DNA of 52,527 nucleotides from Kiritimatiellia bacterium (GTDB lineage Bacteria; Verrucomicrobiota; Kiritimatiellia; RFP12; UBA1067): NCBI GenBank assembly GCA_045545855.1, contig JAZQBR010000274.1, positions 1 to 52,527 of the forward strand, read 5' to 3'. Shown piece by piece: positions 44,096 to 52,527 of this stretch (position 1 is its first letter; each line of letters starts with the position of its first letter). The notes under the pieces were generated by a model. It saw only the letters and a program-made list of their open reading frames with translations, ran no database searches and was not told where the DNA came from. The position numbers and the translations under genes were made by a program.

Positions 44096-45078
44096 TTTTC
44101 TACCTCCTCCACTGCGGGTACGAAGTCATAGGTGGTCACCTCGAGCGCAACTGTGAAAGGCTGGCTGCTCTCGGGGCTGGTGACGAGGCCTTTTCTCGCT
44201 ATTTCGGCCTCCGCGTCGCCGGCCTGGGCGGTCTCCTCGACCTCGGCGGCCCTGTCGCGATGGCGGCGTCGCCTGCGGGAACTCTCCTTGTCCTTGTCGC
44301 CGCCGCCGAGCATCGCCACCAGCGGGTCGCCAGCCTGGTCGAACCTCAGCAGCGAAGCCGACATGAAGCGCTTTTCGTCGGTCGCGATCGCGTTAAGCAC
44401 CTTGACGAGAGCCTCCGGACGCGCGACAATCTTGACGACGTAAGACTCCTCGCTGCTCGGGTAGGCGGCTTTGGGGTCGACGGCCGCGGCACCGCGCGAG
44501 CCCCTCGCCCCTCTGCCGCGGTCTGCGGCAGCGGCAGTCGCGGCCGCTTTCGGCTTGACGGCGACATCGACCAGCTCGGCCACGCCCGACTTGAGAAAGA
44601 GGTCGGCCAGGTGCATAAGATCGTCCCACTGGCGCTGCAGTCTGGGCATATCCTCGGTCCTGGGCATCGAGCCCTGGGAGATAAAATCCTTGAACACGTC
44701 GCCGAAGTAGAACGACTCCTTGATGATTTTCGTCTCGGCGTCCTCGGGGAGCTTGGTGAGAGCACGCCATTCGTCAAGCATCTGCTGCTTGAAGGCCGAT
44801 GGCTCCTGAGAGGCGTCCAGCGAGCGTGCAGTGCGCTCCGAGACATAGCCGTAGGACGCCTTGGCCCAGTCGACGAGAGACTTCTCGTTCTCCCTGCGGG
44901 CCTTTGTCACCGCCGGATTCGCCGACGCGTTGTTGGCCGCGCGGCTTCTGGCGGACGAAAGCTGGGCGTCCATTTCCTCCTGTGTGCCGGCCTCAAGCCA
45001 GACTAAAACACCTATGCCGATCGCGAGAAGCGCGGCGACGCCGCCTATGACGGCCATTGCAAGCTTGCTTTTGTTCAT
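44092..45078 (-). CDS. bitopic protein in the PilO position, Amuc_1100-like by recollection
   Basis: 328-aa ORF with TM LAMAVIGGVAALLAIGIGVLVWL. Segments PSAFKQQMLDEWRAL, LVKVLNAIATDEKRF and the C-terminal PFTVALEVTTYDF resemble what I remember of Akkermansia Amuc_1100. ATGA overlaps occur on both sides. Confidence 0.65.
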   Translation of the reverse strand: MNKSKLAMAVIGGVAALLAIGIGVLVWLEAGTQEEMDAQLSSARSRAANNASANPAVTKARRENEKSLVDWAKASYGYVSERTARSLDASQEPSAFKQQMLDEWRALTKLPEDAETKIIKESFYFGDVFKDFISQGSMPRTEDMPRLQRQWDDLMHLADLFLKSGVAELVDVAVKPKAAATAAAADRGRGARGSRGAAAVDPKAAYPSSEESYVVKIVARPEALVKVLNAIATDEKRFMSASLLRFDQAGDPLVAMLGGGDKDKESSRRRRRHRDRAAEVEETAQAGDAEAEIARKGLVTSPESSQPFTVALEVTTYDFVPAVEEVEK

Positions 45079-46955
45079 TTGTATTCAGGCTCCTTGAACT
45101 GCATCTTCAACTCGAACTCCTGCAGACACCCGCCCTTGCCATAGACCTTCTGGCCGACGGTACGGACGGATTCCGGGACGATAATCGGCGACTTCTTCAG
45201 CTCGGCGGCGACGATCATATCGACCGTGCTCTGTACCGGGCCTCGCGGCCTGCGACGCCTCGGGTGGCCGGCCTCGGGCGCGGACTCGGCGGCAGATTCG
45301 GCCGGCGCTTCTGCAGCGGCGGCCTCCTCCTGCGGCTTGGGTGCCTCTTCGTCTTCGGCCTCCGCCGGGGCCGACTCGGGCGCAACGCCCTCTGTCAGAC
45401 GGCGCGCGACATAGTCCCAGCAGCGGATTGTGACATAGGTGTTCTCGACCTCGACGACTTCAGGCTGGGCGGAGCCGCGGCCGCCGCGCCCGCCGCGGCG
45501 CTGAGCCTCGGGCGCCGGCGCGGCCTCGGCCTTGTCCAGACGCACATCCCACTTCGAAATCCAAATCCCGGGGTGGGCGCTCACGGCCTTGCGCACGGCG
45601 TCGAAGCGCTCGACAGCTTCGGCACGCTTGTAGAGCCTGCCTGCGAGATTGGTGGCAGAAGCCCACGCTGCCTCTTCGGCTGTCTCGGCGGCGGCCATCC
45701 CCTTCGCAATCGACTCGAGCCTGTCGGCCTCGCTCTTCGCGGCCTCAAGCCGCTCCTCGAGTTTGGCGGTCTGGCCCTTCGCTGCGACGAGCCAGCACGC
45801 GAGGCCGGCGACAAGCGCAAACGCGCCGACCGCGACGAACGGGACTCTCGCCGACTCGGTGCGGGCCTCGACCAGCGACGGCGGCAGAAGGTTGATGGCG
45901 ATCTCGGCAAGACCGGCCGCATGCAGCGCGACGCCGGCGGTCGCCGAGAGCAGAACTGAGTCCGTCTCGAGCGCGGCTTTGTCGACGCCGCCGCCGACAC
46001 CTATGGTCTCGAACGGGTTCAGGTACTCGACCTCCAGCTGGAGCGAGTCGCTGAAAAAGGCGTCAAGCTGAGGGAGAATGGAGCTGCCGCCCGTGAGATA
46101 CAGCTTTGTCGGCACACCGCCGCCCTGCTGGCTGCGGTAGAAGTTGATCGAGCGTGAAATCTCGGCATGCAGGCGCGTCATCACGGCGCGGCACACTTTC
46201 GAGATTCTGTCCAGCGTCTCGTCGGCGTCCTCGGTGACGCCGCCCATCGAGACGTAGGCGCTCTCGCGCTTGTACTGCTCGGCCTCGTCCCGGGTGCAGC
46301 CGAGAAGCTGGGCGATCTCCTTTGTGATCGTGTTGCCCGCGACCGGTATCGACCGGTTGTAGAGCTTCTCGCCCTCGACAATGACAAGCGAAGTCGTCTT
46401 GGCGCCTATGTCGAGCAGCACGGCGCATTCGCCGGCACCTCCCATGTTGGCCTTGAGGACATTGGTTATCGCCAGCGGCGCCACGTCGACTATCTCGGGC
46501 GTGAAACCGGCCGCGGTCAGCGCCGAAGTGACTCCCTCGACCTGATCGACCTTGGCCGCCACCACCATCACCGCCTTGTCGCCGGTCTCGGTGTCGCCAA
46601 GTATCGCGCGGTCGCACACCATCTCGTCGATCGGGAAGGGTATGTTCTGCTCAATCTCGACTCTGACGAGCTGGTCGAACTTGTCCATTCCGCCCGCCAT
46701 AGGTATCGCGGCGAACCGCGGAAACACCATCTGCCCGGAGAGCGACACGGCCACCTTGCCGGGGCGTATGCCCTTCTCGCGCACAATCTCTAGAAGAGCG
46801 GGCGAGAGTATCGTCTCGGCGTTGCCCGAGTCGAGCGGCGCGGCCAGCGCGGCCGTCCCGTAGTTGACGAGCGTCAGCGATTTGCCGCCGGCCTCGTATT
46901 CGGCCAGCGCCACCGAGGACGCGCCGACGTTGAGTGTCAGTATTTTCTTTGCCAT
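45075..46955 (-). CDS. pilM: type IV pilus assembly PilM (actin-like) domain fused to a PilN-like TM/coiled-coil segment and a long low-complexity tail
   Basis: 626-aa ORF with a PilM-like N-terminus (ILTLNVGASSVALAEYE..LLDIGAKTTSLVIVEG..LYLTGGSSILPQL). This is followed by INLLPPSLVEAR plus TM VPFVAVGAFALVAGLACWLVAA plus coiled coil (PilN hallmark), then RGG and acidic AE/P-rich tracts. Confidence 0.85.
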   Translation of the reverse strand: MAKKILTLNVGASSVALAEYEAGGKSLTLVNYGTAALAAPLDSGNAETILSPALLEIVREKGIRPGKVAVSLSGQMVFPRFAAIPMAGGMDKFDQLVRVEIEQNIPFPIDEMVCDRAILGDTETGDKAVMVVAAKVDQVEGVTSALTAAGFTPEIVDVAPLAITNVLKANMGGAGECAVLLDIGAKTTSLVIVEGEKLYNRSIPVAGNTITKEIAQLLGCTRDEAEQYKRESAYVSMGGVTEDADETLDRISKVCRAVMTRLHAEISRSINFYRSQQGGGVPTKLYLTGGSSILPQLDAFFSDSLQLEVEYLNPFETIGVGGGVDKAALETDSVLLSATAGVALHAAGLAEIAINLLPPSLVEARTESARVPFVAVGAFALVAGLACWLVAAKGQTAKLEERLEAAKSEADRLESIAKGMAAAETAEEAAWASATNLAGRLYKRAEAVERFDAVRKAVSAHPGIWISKWDVRLDKAEAAPAPEAQRRGGRGGRGSAQPEVVEVENTYVTIRCWDYVARRLTEGVAPESAPAEAEDEEAPKPQEEAAAAEAPAESAAESAPEAGHPRRRRPRGPVQSTVDMIVAAELKKSPIIVPESVRTVGQKVYGKGGCLQEFELKMQFKEPEYK

Positions 46956-47016
46956 GGTGTTTCTGCCTAAAGACGTTTTGTCGTTTCGGTCCGGTTCTGC
47001 GGCGGCTGCATGCGGC

Positions 47017-47763
47017 TTACTGCATCACCATCTCGTAGTCGTTCGGGTTCACGAGCGCCCAAACGGTCTTCGACCTGTCAAGGAGACCCTGCCTGCGCTC
47101 AATCATCGGCTCGCCGTTCTGCTTGGCGTCCATGATGGACGAGTTGTTCCAGAAAGCCTTGTCGATGGACTTCGGATGGGAGTCTATGCCCTTGATCTCA
47201 CTCTCACAGTCGCCGGCGAGGACTTCACCGTTCGGGTTTGTGACGACGAGACCAATGGCCTTGGGTTCGCCGTAGCGCTCCAGGTAAGACGGCGGCAGAC
47301 AGACGGAGGCCGCGTGGGAGCCCCTCGGTATGTTGACATAGCTGACGGTCTGGCTGAAGTAGGAGTAGGGCGGCAGCTTCTCGCGGTCGTTCTTGTCCTT
47401 CTCGGTCGCGCTCTTGGTTTCAAGAAGGACGTGCCAGGTGAAGACGAGCTGGTCGGTCCACTTGGCGTCGGTCCTGTACTTGGCCTCGAGGACGATCCAT
47501 TTTCTAGGCTTCGTGAAACACTGCCCGATCACCGAGCCGCCGTTTATGGACGGGGCCGAGAGCGTGGCGGCACGGCCTGTCTTGGGGAACTGCTCAAGCA
47601 CCACCTTGGCCTCCTTGCCGGGGGCGACTTCGTCTTCGGCGACTGCGACGGGCGCTTTGGCGCCGCGCGCGTTGCGCGAACCCTGCGCGCGTTGCGGCGC
47701 GGCGAGAGCAGCGGCGGCGGCAACGGCCGCGACCGCGAAAATCATCGTTTTCTTCATGTTCAT
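47017..47763 (-). CDS. exported 248-aa protein of unknown function, first gene of the pilus-like cluster (Amuc_1102 position)
   Basis: Signal MNMKKTMIFAVAAVAAAAALAAPQ. AAGGAG lies 7 nt upstream of ATG 47763. I recognise no motif. The assignment is positional only. Confidence 0.65.
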   Translation of the reverse strand: MNMKKTMIFAVAAVAAAAALAAPQRAQGSRNARGAKAPVAVAEDEVAPGKEAKVVLEQFPKTGRAATLSAPSINGGSVIGQCFTKPRKWIVLEAKYRTDAKWTDQLVFTWHVLLETKSATEKDKNDREKLPPYSYFSQTVSYVNIPRGSHAASVCLPPSYLERYGEPKAIGLVVTNPNGEVLAGDCESEIKGIDSHPKSIDKAFWNNSSIMDAKQNGEPMIERRQGLLDRSKTVWALVNPNDYEMVMQ

Positions 47764-47776
47764 TTCTTTTCTCCTT

Positions 47777-48757
47777 TCACAGTACTTTCATTTTAGGTAA
47801 ATCCTGGATGTCTACGAGACCCACGACACGCCCTTCGGCGTCGCAGACGGGCAGGTCGTCGATACGGCGGCGCTCGAAAACCTTGAGAAGCTCCGAGGCG
47901 TAGACGTCGTCTCTTACGAACAGCGGCGAGCGTGTCATGTAGTTCTCGACAGGCGAGGCGAGGTCACCGCGGCCCTCGCTCATTATGCGTCTGAAGTCGC
48001 CGTCGGTGAATATGCCGAGAAGACGCCCGTCCTCGCCCGCGACGACCGCAGAGCCGCCCTGGGCCTTGGTCATGGCCATCAGCGCCGACATTACGGTGGC
48101 GCCCGGCGCGACCTTCGCGAGCCTGTCGCCGGTGCGCATGACATCCGTGACCTTCAGCACGAGCGCGCGCCCGATGGCTCCCGCCGGATGGTTCATCGCA
48201 TAGCTGGAAACATCGAATTCAAGCGCATCGAGCATGACCATCGCTAGCGCGTCGCCCATGGCCATTGTCGCGGTCGTCGAGTTCGTAGGCGCCATCCCGA
48301 ACGGACACGCCTCGCGGCCGCATGGTATCTCGACATGTATGTCGCTCATGCGCGCGAGCGTCGAGTCGGGTCTGCCGGTGAGAGATACGACCTTGAGCCC
48401 ATGGCGCCTTATCGCCGGTATGAGCCGCAGAATCTCGTCCGACTCGCCCGAGAAGCTCAGCGCTATCAGCACGTCGCGCGGCGCCACCATGCCTAGGTCG
48501 CCATGCATCGCCTGCACCGGGTTCAGGCATATCGAGCGGGTCCCTGTCGAGGCGAATATGGCGCTCATCTTTTCGGCGACAGCAAGATTCTTGCCCACTC
48601 CGGTGACGACGATGATGCCTTCAGAGCGGACGCACCCGAGCATAAGCGCAATCGCCCGGACGAAACTTTCGCCCAGCGAGTCGCGCGTCCGCCCGAGGCC
48701 TTCGATCTCTATGTCGAAGACCTCTCTGGCGCGCTTGAGCATCTTGTCTTCAGTCAT
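47777..48757 (-). CDS. kpsF: arabinose-5-phosphate isomerase (KpsF/GutQ family; SIS + two CBS domains)
   Basis: 326-aa ORF with VTGVGKNLAVAEKMSAIFASTG, SFSGESDEI and AMGDALA, plus a C-terminal CBS pair. Confidence 0.9.
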   Translation of the reverse strand: MTEDKMLKRAREVFDIEIEGLGRTRDSLGESFVRAIALMLGCVRSEGIIVVTGVGKNLAVAEKMSAIFASTGTRSICLNPVQAMHGDLGMVAPRDVLIALSFSGESDEILRLIPAIRRHGLKVVSLTGRPDSTLARMSDIHVEIPCGREACPFGMAPTNSTTATMAMGDALAMVMLDALEFDVSSYAMNHPAGAIGRALVLKVTDVMRTGDRLAKVAPGATVMSALMAMTKAQGGSAVVAGEDGRLLGIFTDGDFRRIMSEGRGDLASPVENYMTRSPLFVRDDVYASELLKVFERRRIDDLPVCDAEGRVVGLVDIQDLPKMKVL

Positions 48758-48779
48758 CGCCGTTCGCCTCTCCTTGACC

Positions 48780-49817
48780 TTACTTCGTCGTCGACTGCAG
48801 CAGCGTCACGCAGATGGTGCCGACAATGTCTTCGGCCGAGCATCCGCGCGAAAGGTCGTTCATCGCCTTGGCGAGGCCCTGCAGATTGGGCCCGATTGCG
48901 GTGGCGCCGCCGAGGCGCTGGGCGATCTTGTAGCCGATGTTCCCAGCCTGGAGGTCGGGGAATATAAAGACGTTGGCGTTGCCCTTTATTTCGCCGTCCG
49001 GGTTCTTGAGCTCGCCGACGGCGGGCACGATCGCGGCGTCGAACTGCATTTCGCCGTCCATCTTTATGCCGGCCTCGGCGAACCTCGGGCGCGCGAGCTC
49101 GACAGCCTTCTGGACCTTCTCCACCAGGTCGCCGGCGGCGGAACCCTTCGTGGAAAAGCTCAGGTAGGCGACACGCGGCTCGTTGCCGGTCAGGTCGCGG
49201 TATGTCTGGGCTGTGGCCAGACCGATGTCGACGAGCTGTTCGGCCGTCGGGTTGGGTATGACGGCGCAGTCGCCGAAAGCGAGCACCGTGTCGCCGGCCG
49301 GCGTCGGGGCCTTGAGATCCATGATGAAGCACGAACTCGCGGTCTTGACGCCCTTCTGTGTGCCGAGCGTATGGAACGCCGCGCGGAGCATGTCGCCCGT
49401 CGAAGCGATCGAGCCCGCGACCAGCCCGTTGACGCGGCCGAGCTTGACCATCATGCCGCCAAAGTAGATGCGCTTCGTGCGAAGGGTCTTCTGGGCTGCC
49501 GCGAGGTCGATTATCTTCTGCTTCTCGACGGGCTTCTTCGACTCCTTGGCGTTCCACGCCTCGAGATAGGCCGCCTCGAGCTCCGCGTCGCCCTTTGTGT
49601 AGTCGATCGTCTTTATGCCGCGGTCGGCGAGCTTGAGCCCCGCCTTCGCCTCGGCCGCCGCGATCTCCTCGCTCGTGCCCAGCACGACCGGCGTCGCAAT
49701 CTTGCGGTCGACGCACGCGCACGCCGCCGTAATCACCCTCGCGTCCATGCCCTCGGGCAGAACGATCGTTCCGTTCAGCTTTGATGCCTTTTCTATGATA
49801 TCGCTTATTGCACTCAT
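48780..49817 (-). CDS. pta: phosphate acetyltransferase
   Basis: 345-aa ORF with IVLPEGMDARVI, LSFSTKGSA, FIFPDLQAGNIGYKIAQRLGGA and NDLSRGCS. Confidence 0.9.
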   Translation of the reverse strand: MSAISDIIEKASKLNGTIVLPEGMDARVITAACACVDRKIATPVVLGTSEEIAAAEAKAGLKLADRGIKTIDYTKGDAELEAAYLEAWNAKESKKPVEKQKIIDLAAAQKTLRTKRIYFGGMMVKLGRVNGLVAGSIASTGDMLRAAFHTLGTQKGVKTASSCFIMDLKAPTPAGDTVLAFGDCAVIPNPTAEQLVDIGLATAQTYRDLTGNEPRVAYLSFSTKGSAAGDLVEKVQKAVELARPRFAEAGIKMDGEMQFDAAIVPAVGELKNPDGEIKGNANVFIFPDLQAGNIGYKIAQRLGGATAIGPNLQGLAKAMNDLSRGCSAEDIVGTICVTLLQSTTK

Positions 49818-49867
49818 CTTTGTTGACCTTCTGCTTTAAACTGTCTATTGTCCGGTTCCGCCCCCTG

Positions 49868-50998
49868 TCACTTCGCGAGCACTCTCACGGTGTCCTGGGC
49901 TATTGCGAGCTCCTCGTTCGTCGGCAGAGTGATGACAGGTATCTTCGAGCCCTTGGCCGATATGACCTTCACCTCGCCGCGCACCTTGTTGGCCTTCTTG
50001 TCGAGTTTGATGCCGAGCGCCCCGAGACGGTTGACGATACGCTCCCTGACCTCGCTGGAGTTCTCGCCGATGCCGCCCGTCATGACAATCGCGTCGGCGC
50101 CGCCGACGACGGTGTTGTACCCGCCGATGTAGAGAGCCGTCCTGTAGGCGAGCATCTCGAGCGCGAGTTCGGCCATCTTGTCGCCCTTCTCGGCCTTGGC
50201 GCAGATGTCGCGGCAGTCGCTCGAGCCAGTAAGCGCCAGAAGACCCGACTTCTTGTTGAGGAGCGTATCCATCTCGGCGGGCGACTTCTTCTCGGCCTCC
50301 ATGATCGCGAGAACGGCCGCGGCGTCGATGTCGCCGCAACGCGTGCCCATCACAAGGCCGGCGAGCGGGGTTAGGCCCATCGTCGTGTCGACGCACTCGC
50401 CGTTCTTTACTGCGGCGAGCGAACTGCCGTTGCCCATGTGGCACGTGACGAGATTGACCTTTGAGACGGGCTTCTTCAAAAGTTTGGCGGTCTCCTGGAC
50501 GATAAACTTGTGGGACGTACCGTGGAAGCCGTACTTCCTTATGCCCATCGTCTTGTAATACTTGGGGTCGATCGCGTACATGGCCGCGCAGTCGGGCATG
50601 GTCTGATGAAAGGCCGTGTCGAATACCGCGACGTTCGGGACGCCCTTGAATATCTGCTGACAGGCCCTGATGCCGCCGATGTTGGCCGGCATGTGCAGAG
50701 GCCCGAATTTGACGAGCTTGTCGAGTTTGGCGAGAACGGCCTTGGTGACTGCGACGGAATCCTTGAAGACCTCGGCGCCGTGCAACACGCGGTGGCCGAT
50801 GGCATCGATGTCCTTGGGTTCGCCCAAGTCGGCAACGACCTTCTTCAAGGCCTCGGTGTGATCCTTCGGGCCGCCGCAGCCTATGCGCTCGACAAGGCCC
50901 TTGGCGAGGCGCTCGCCTTTCTCCATGTCAAAGAGCTGATACTTGAGCGAGCTCGACCCGGAGTTGATTACCAGTACTTTCTTTATTGCCTTTTTCAT
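49868..50998 (-). CDS. ackA: acetate kinase
   Basis: 376-aa ORF MKKAIKKVLVINSGSSSLKYQLF, with GHRVLHG, FDTAFHQTMP and GFHGTSH. Confidence 0.9.
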   Translation of the reverse strand: MKKAIKKVLVINSGSSSLKYQLFDMEKGERLAKGLVERIGCGGPKDHTEALKKVVADLGEPKDIDAIGHRVLHGAEVFKDSVAVTKAVLAKLDKLVKFGPLHMPANIGGIRACQQIFKGVPNVAVFDTAFHQTMPDCAAMYAIDPKYYKTMGIRKYGFHGTSHKFIVQETAKLLKKPVSKVNLVTCHMGNGSSLAAVKNGECVDTTMGLTPLAGLVMGTRCGDIDAAAVLAIMEAEKKSPAEMDTLLNKKSGLLALTGSSDCRDICAKAEKGDKMAELALEMLAYRTALYIGGYNTVVGGADAIVMTGGIGENSSEVRERIVNRLGALGIKLDKKANKVRGEVKVISAKGSKIPVITLPTNEELAIAQDTVRVLAK

Positions 50999-51062
50999 TT
51001 GCTGTATTCTCGTTTTTGCGGGCGCGCGGACTTTTCATGCCCGGCGCGCCCCGCGTTGTTTG

Positions 51063-52527
51063 TCATTCAGCCACCACCATGAAGAACGCGCTCGGCGCAT
51101 CGGCACCAGGCACCTTGATCGCGACCGGCTCGCCGCCGACCGTAATCGTCTCGGCGGCGACAGGCTCGCCCCACGCGGCGTCGAGCGAAGCCTTGCGGTA
51201 GACCTTGCAGACTACAGTCGCCGGGACCGGCTCGACCTTCACGACGCCCATGTCACCGCTCTCGCCCTCGACCTTGCCCGAGACCTCGACGACGACATTG
51301 CCTTCACCGTCGAAGGCGACGGACGTAATCTCGACCGACTCAACCTCGCTCTCGACCTGAATCGCGCCGGACGGGCCGACGGTCGCGGTGTCGGCGTTCT
51401 GGACGCCTGCCGCAAGCGCTATCATGACCGGCGAGGCGAACGCCCTCGTCACGTAGGTGTCGGCTCCTACTGCGGCGGCACCGCTGACGACCTTGTCCTG
51501 CAGGTTGTCCGTAAGAGCCTTGGCGATTGCGTAGGTGTCATCGATTGTGCCATCGGCGTTGACCGCGCCGAGGGCGCCGTTTCTGATATACTCGTAGGCG
51601 TCAGGCACGCAGTTGCCGTTGGTGTCGACATCCTCGATATACACCTCGACCGGGTCGGCCCAGCCGTTAATGGCCGATACCGAGAACGCCTCGGGAGTGA
51701 ACGGTGTATAAACCGACCTCTCGCGCGGGCAGGCGTAGCCCCACGATTCGAACGTGTCGCGTTCGCGGGTCGTGCCGTAGGTCGTCGAGTTGCGCTTCAA
51801 GTCGTCGGCGTACGCCCTCACGAAGTACCTGCCCTCGGCAAGGCCGATGAGCGTCGCATTGGCCTCGTGCACCGCGCCCTCCGCCGTGACCGTCGCCCTG
51901 TCGGCGACGACGGCCCTCGCTACAGGCTGGCCGCTGAAATCGGGAGTCGTGAACGCCTCGACGACAAATGTCGAGTTGGCCGCGACCGCCGACGGGCCGA
52001 AGTACCTGACCGCGACGGGGAGCTTCGCGTAGCGCGCGCCCTGTTCGGGCACATTGGTGCGGAACGTCGACTCGGCCGACCAGGCAGGGTTCTGGAATTT
52101 CGCGTTGAGCATCGTAACCCTCCACTTGTAATCCGTGAAGTTCGCGAGTTCCGCGCCGACGTAGATCGGGGCCTTCCAGGCATAGACGAGGGTACCGTCG
52201 GTGCCCTTCTCGCGCGCGGGGGCGCGCTGCACGCCGGAGTCCCACACGACCGTTGAGCCGCTCATGACATTGATTCTAAACGCCGTGTACGAGTTGTTGT
52301 TGCCGGGCATAGACCACCTGAATGTCGGGCTGGCCTCGTAGACCACCTCGTCGTTCGAGCCGGGCGAGACTGCCACCGGCACGGTGCGGCCGGCCGTCGT
52401 GTCGAAGCGGCGAACCGTCGCGACGCCCAGGAGGTTGTTCGTGGTCGACGGAAGTATGCTACCGTTGCCGAGTACGATGCGGTACGTGACCTCGGTCGGG
52501 TCGACCCCGGCCGCGAAGTCGGAGGGC
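51063..52527 (-). CDS. C-terminal >=485 aa of a large exported/surface protein; 5' end lies beyond the right window edge
   Basis: ORF-track entry 51063..52382 starts at an internal GTG. I checked codon by codon that the same frame stays open from 52383 to the window end (..PSDFAAGVDPTEVTYRIVLGNGSILPSTTNNLLGVATVRRFDTTAGRT-VPVAVSPGS..). The C-terminal approximately 90 aa resemble the C-terminus of the C10 protein. Confidence 0.75.
   Translation of the reverse strand, partial: PSDFAAGVDPTEVTYRIVLGNGSILPSTTNNLLGVATVRRFDTTAGRTVPVAVSPGSNDEVVYEASPTFRWSMPGNNNSYTAFRINVMSGSTVVWDSGVQRAPAREKGTDGTLVYAWKAPIYVGAELANFTDYKWRVTMLNAKFQNPAWSAESTFRTNVPEQGARYAKLPVAVRYFGPSAVAANSTFVVEAFTTPDFSGQPVARAVVADRATVTAEGAVHEANATLIGLAEGRYFVRAYADDLKRNSTTYGTTRERDTFESWGYACPRERSVYTPFTPEAFSVSAINGWADPVEVYIEDVDTNGNCVPDAYEYIRNGALGAVNADGTIDDTYAIAKALTDNLQDKVVSGAAAVGADTYVTRAFASPVMIALAAGVQNADTATVGPSGAIQVESEVESVEITSVAFDGEGNVVVEVSGKVEGESGDMGVVKVEPVPATVVCKVYRKASLDAAWGEPVAAETITVGGEPVAIKVPGADAPSAFFMVVAE

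Noticed and set aside
51008-51050. GC-rich imperfect hairpin (GCGGGCGCGCGGAC..CCGGCGCGCCCCGC) between the partial surface-protein gene and ackA, considered as an intrinsic terminator.
   Set aside because: On the transcribed (minus) strand it is followed by an A-run, not a U-run. The stem also has a bulge and mismatches. At best it is a weak, atypical signal.

Overview
GC-rich (judged by eye, not computed) 52.5-kb chromosomal segment of a diderm bacterium. The LPS genes kdsA, kpsF and an LpxL-type acyltransferase support the diderm call. All but one of about 36 genes lie on the minus strand, many with 4-nt ATGA start/stop overlaps. By inference only, the gene content suggests a PVC-superphylum organism (Verrucomicrobiota, Lentisphaerota or Kiritimatiellota-like). 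Three themes are interleaved. (1) Housekeeping genes: kdsA, cstA, corA, pheS, panD, clpX, clpP, tig, recA, uvrA, rho, coaE, kpsF, pta, ackA. (2) Five very large signal-peptide proteins (1100, 883, 1424, about 660 and more than 485 aa): LamG/autotransporter-repeat, a 4x uncharacterised repeat, peptidase C10 plus beta-helix, and Listeria-Bacteroides repeats. One of them sits in a glycan-utilisation operon (clan GH-A hydrolase, repeat protein, metallophosphoesterase, GH127) facing a divergent XylR/AraC-type regulator. (3) A five-gene cluster at 39.4-47.8 kb, the best candidate for a poorly described system. It has pilMNOPQ order and topology: exported protein, PilM-PilN fusion, PilO-position protein, PilP-position protein, giant secretin. 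From memory it mirrors the Akkermansia Amuc_1102..Amuc_1098 locus, and no pilin, ATPase or platform gene occurs anywhere in the window. Non-coding signals: a recurrent extended -10 element TGGTATAAT in intergenic gaps (two genes look leaderless), a 13-bp direct-repeat operator candidate, a 120-bp inverted array of TGTTGCCA/TGGCAACA octamers, and two GC-rich hairpin elements. No rRNA, tRNA, CRISPR array, transposase or integrase was found. Coordinates include stop codons. Several ORF-track entries were trimmed at the 5' end by hand because they read through upstream genes. The ORF track translates GTG starts as M. Nothing here was checked against a database.
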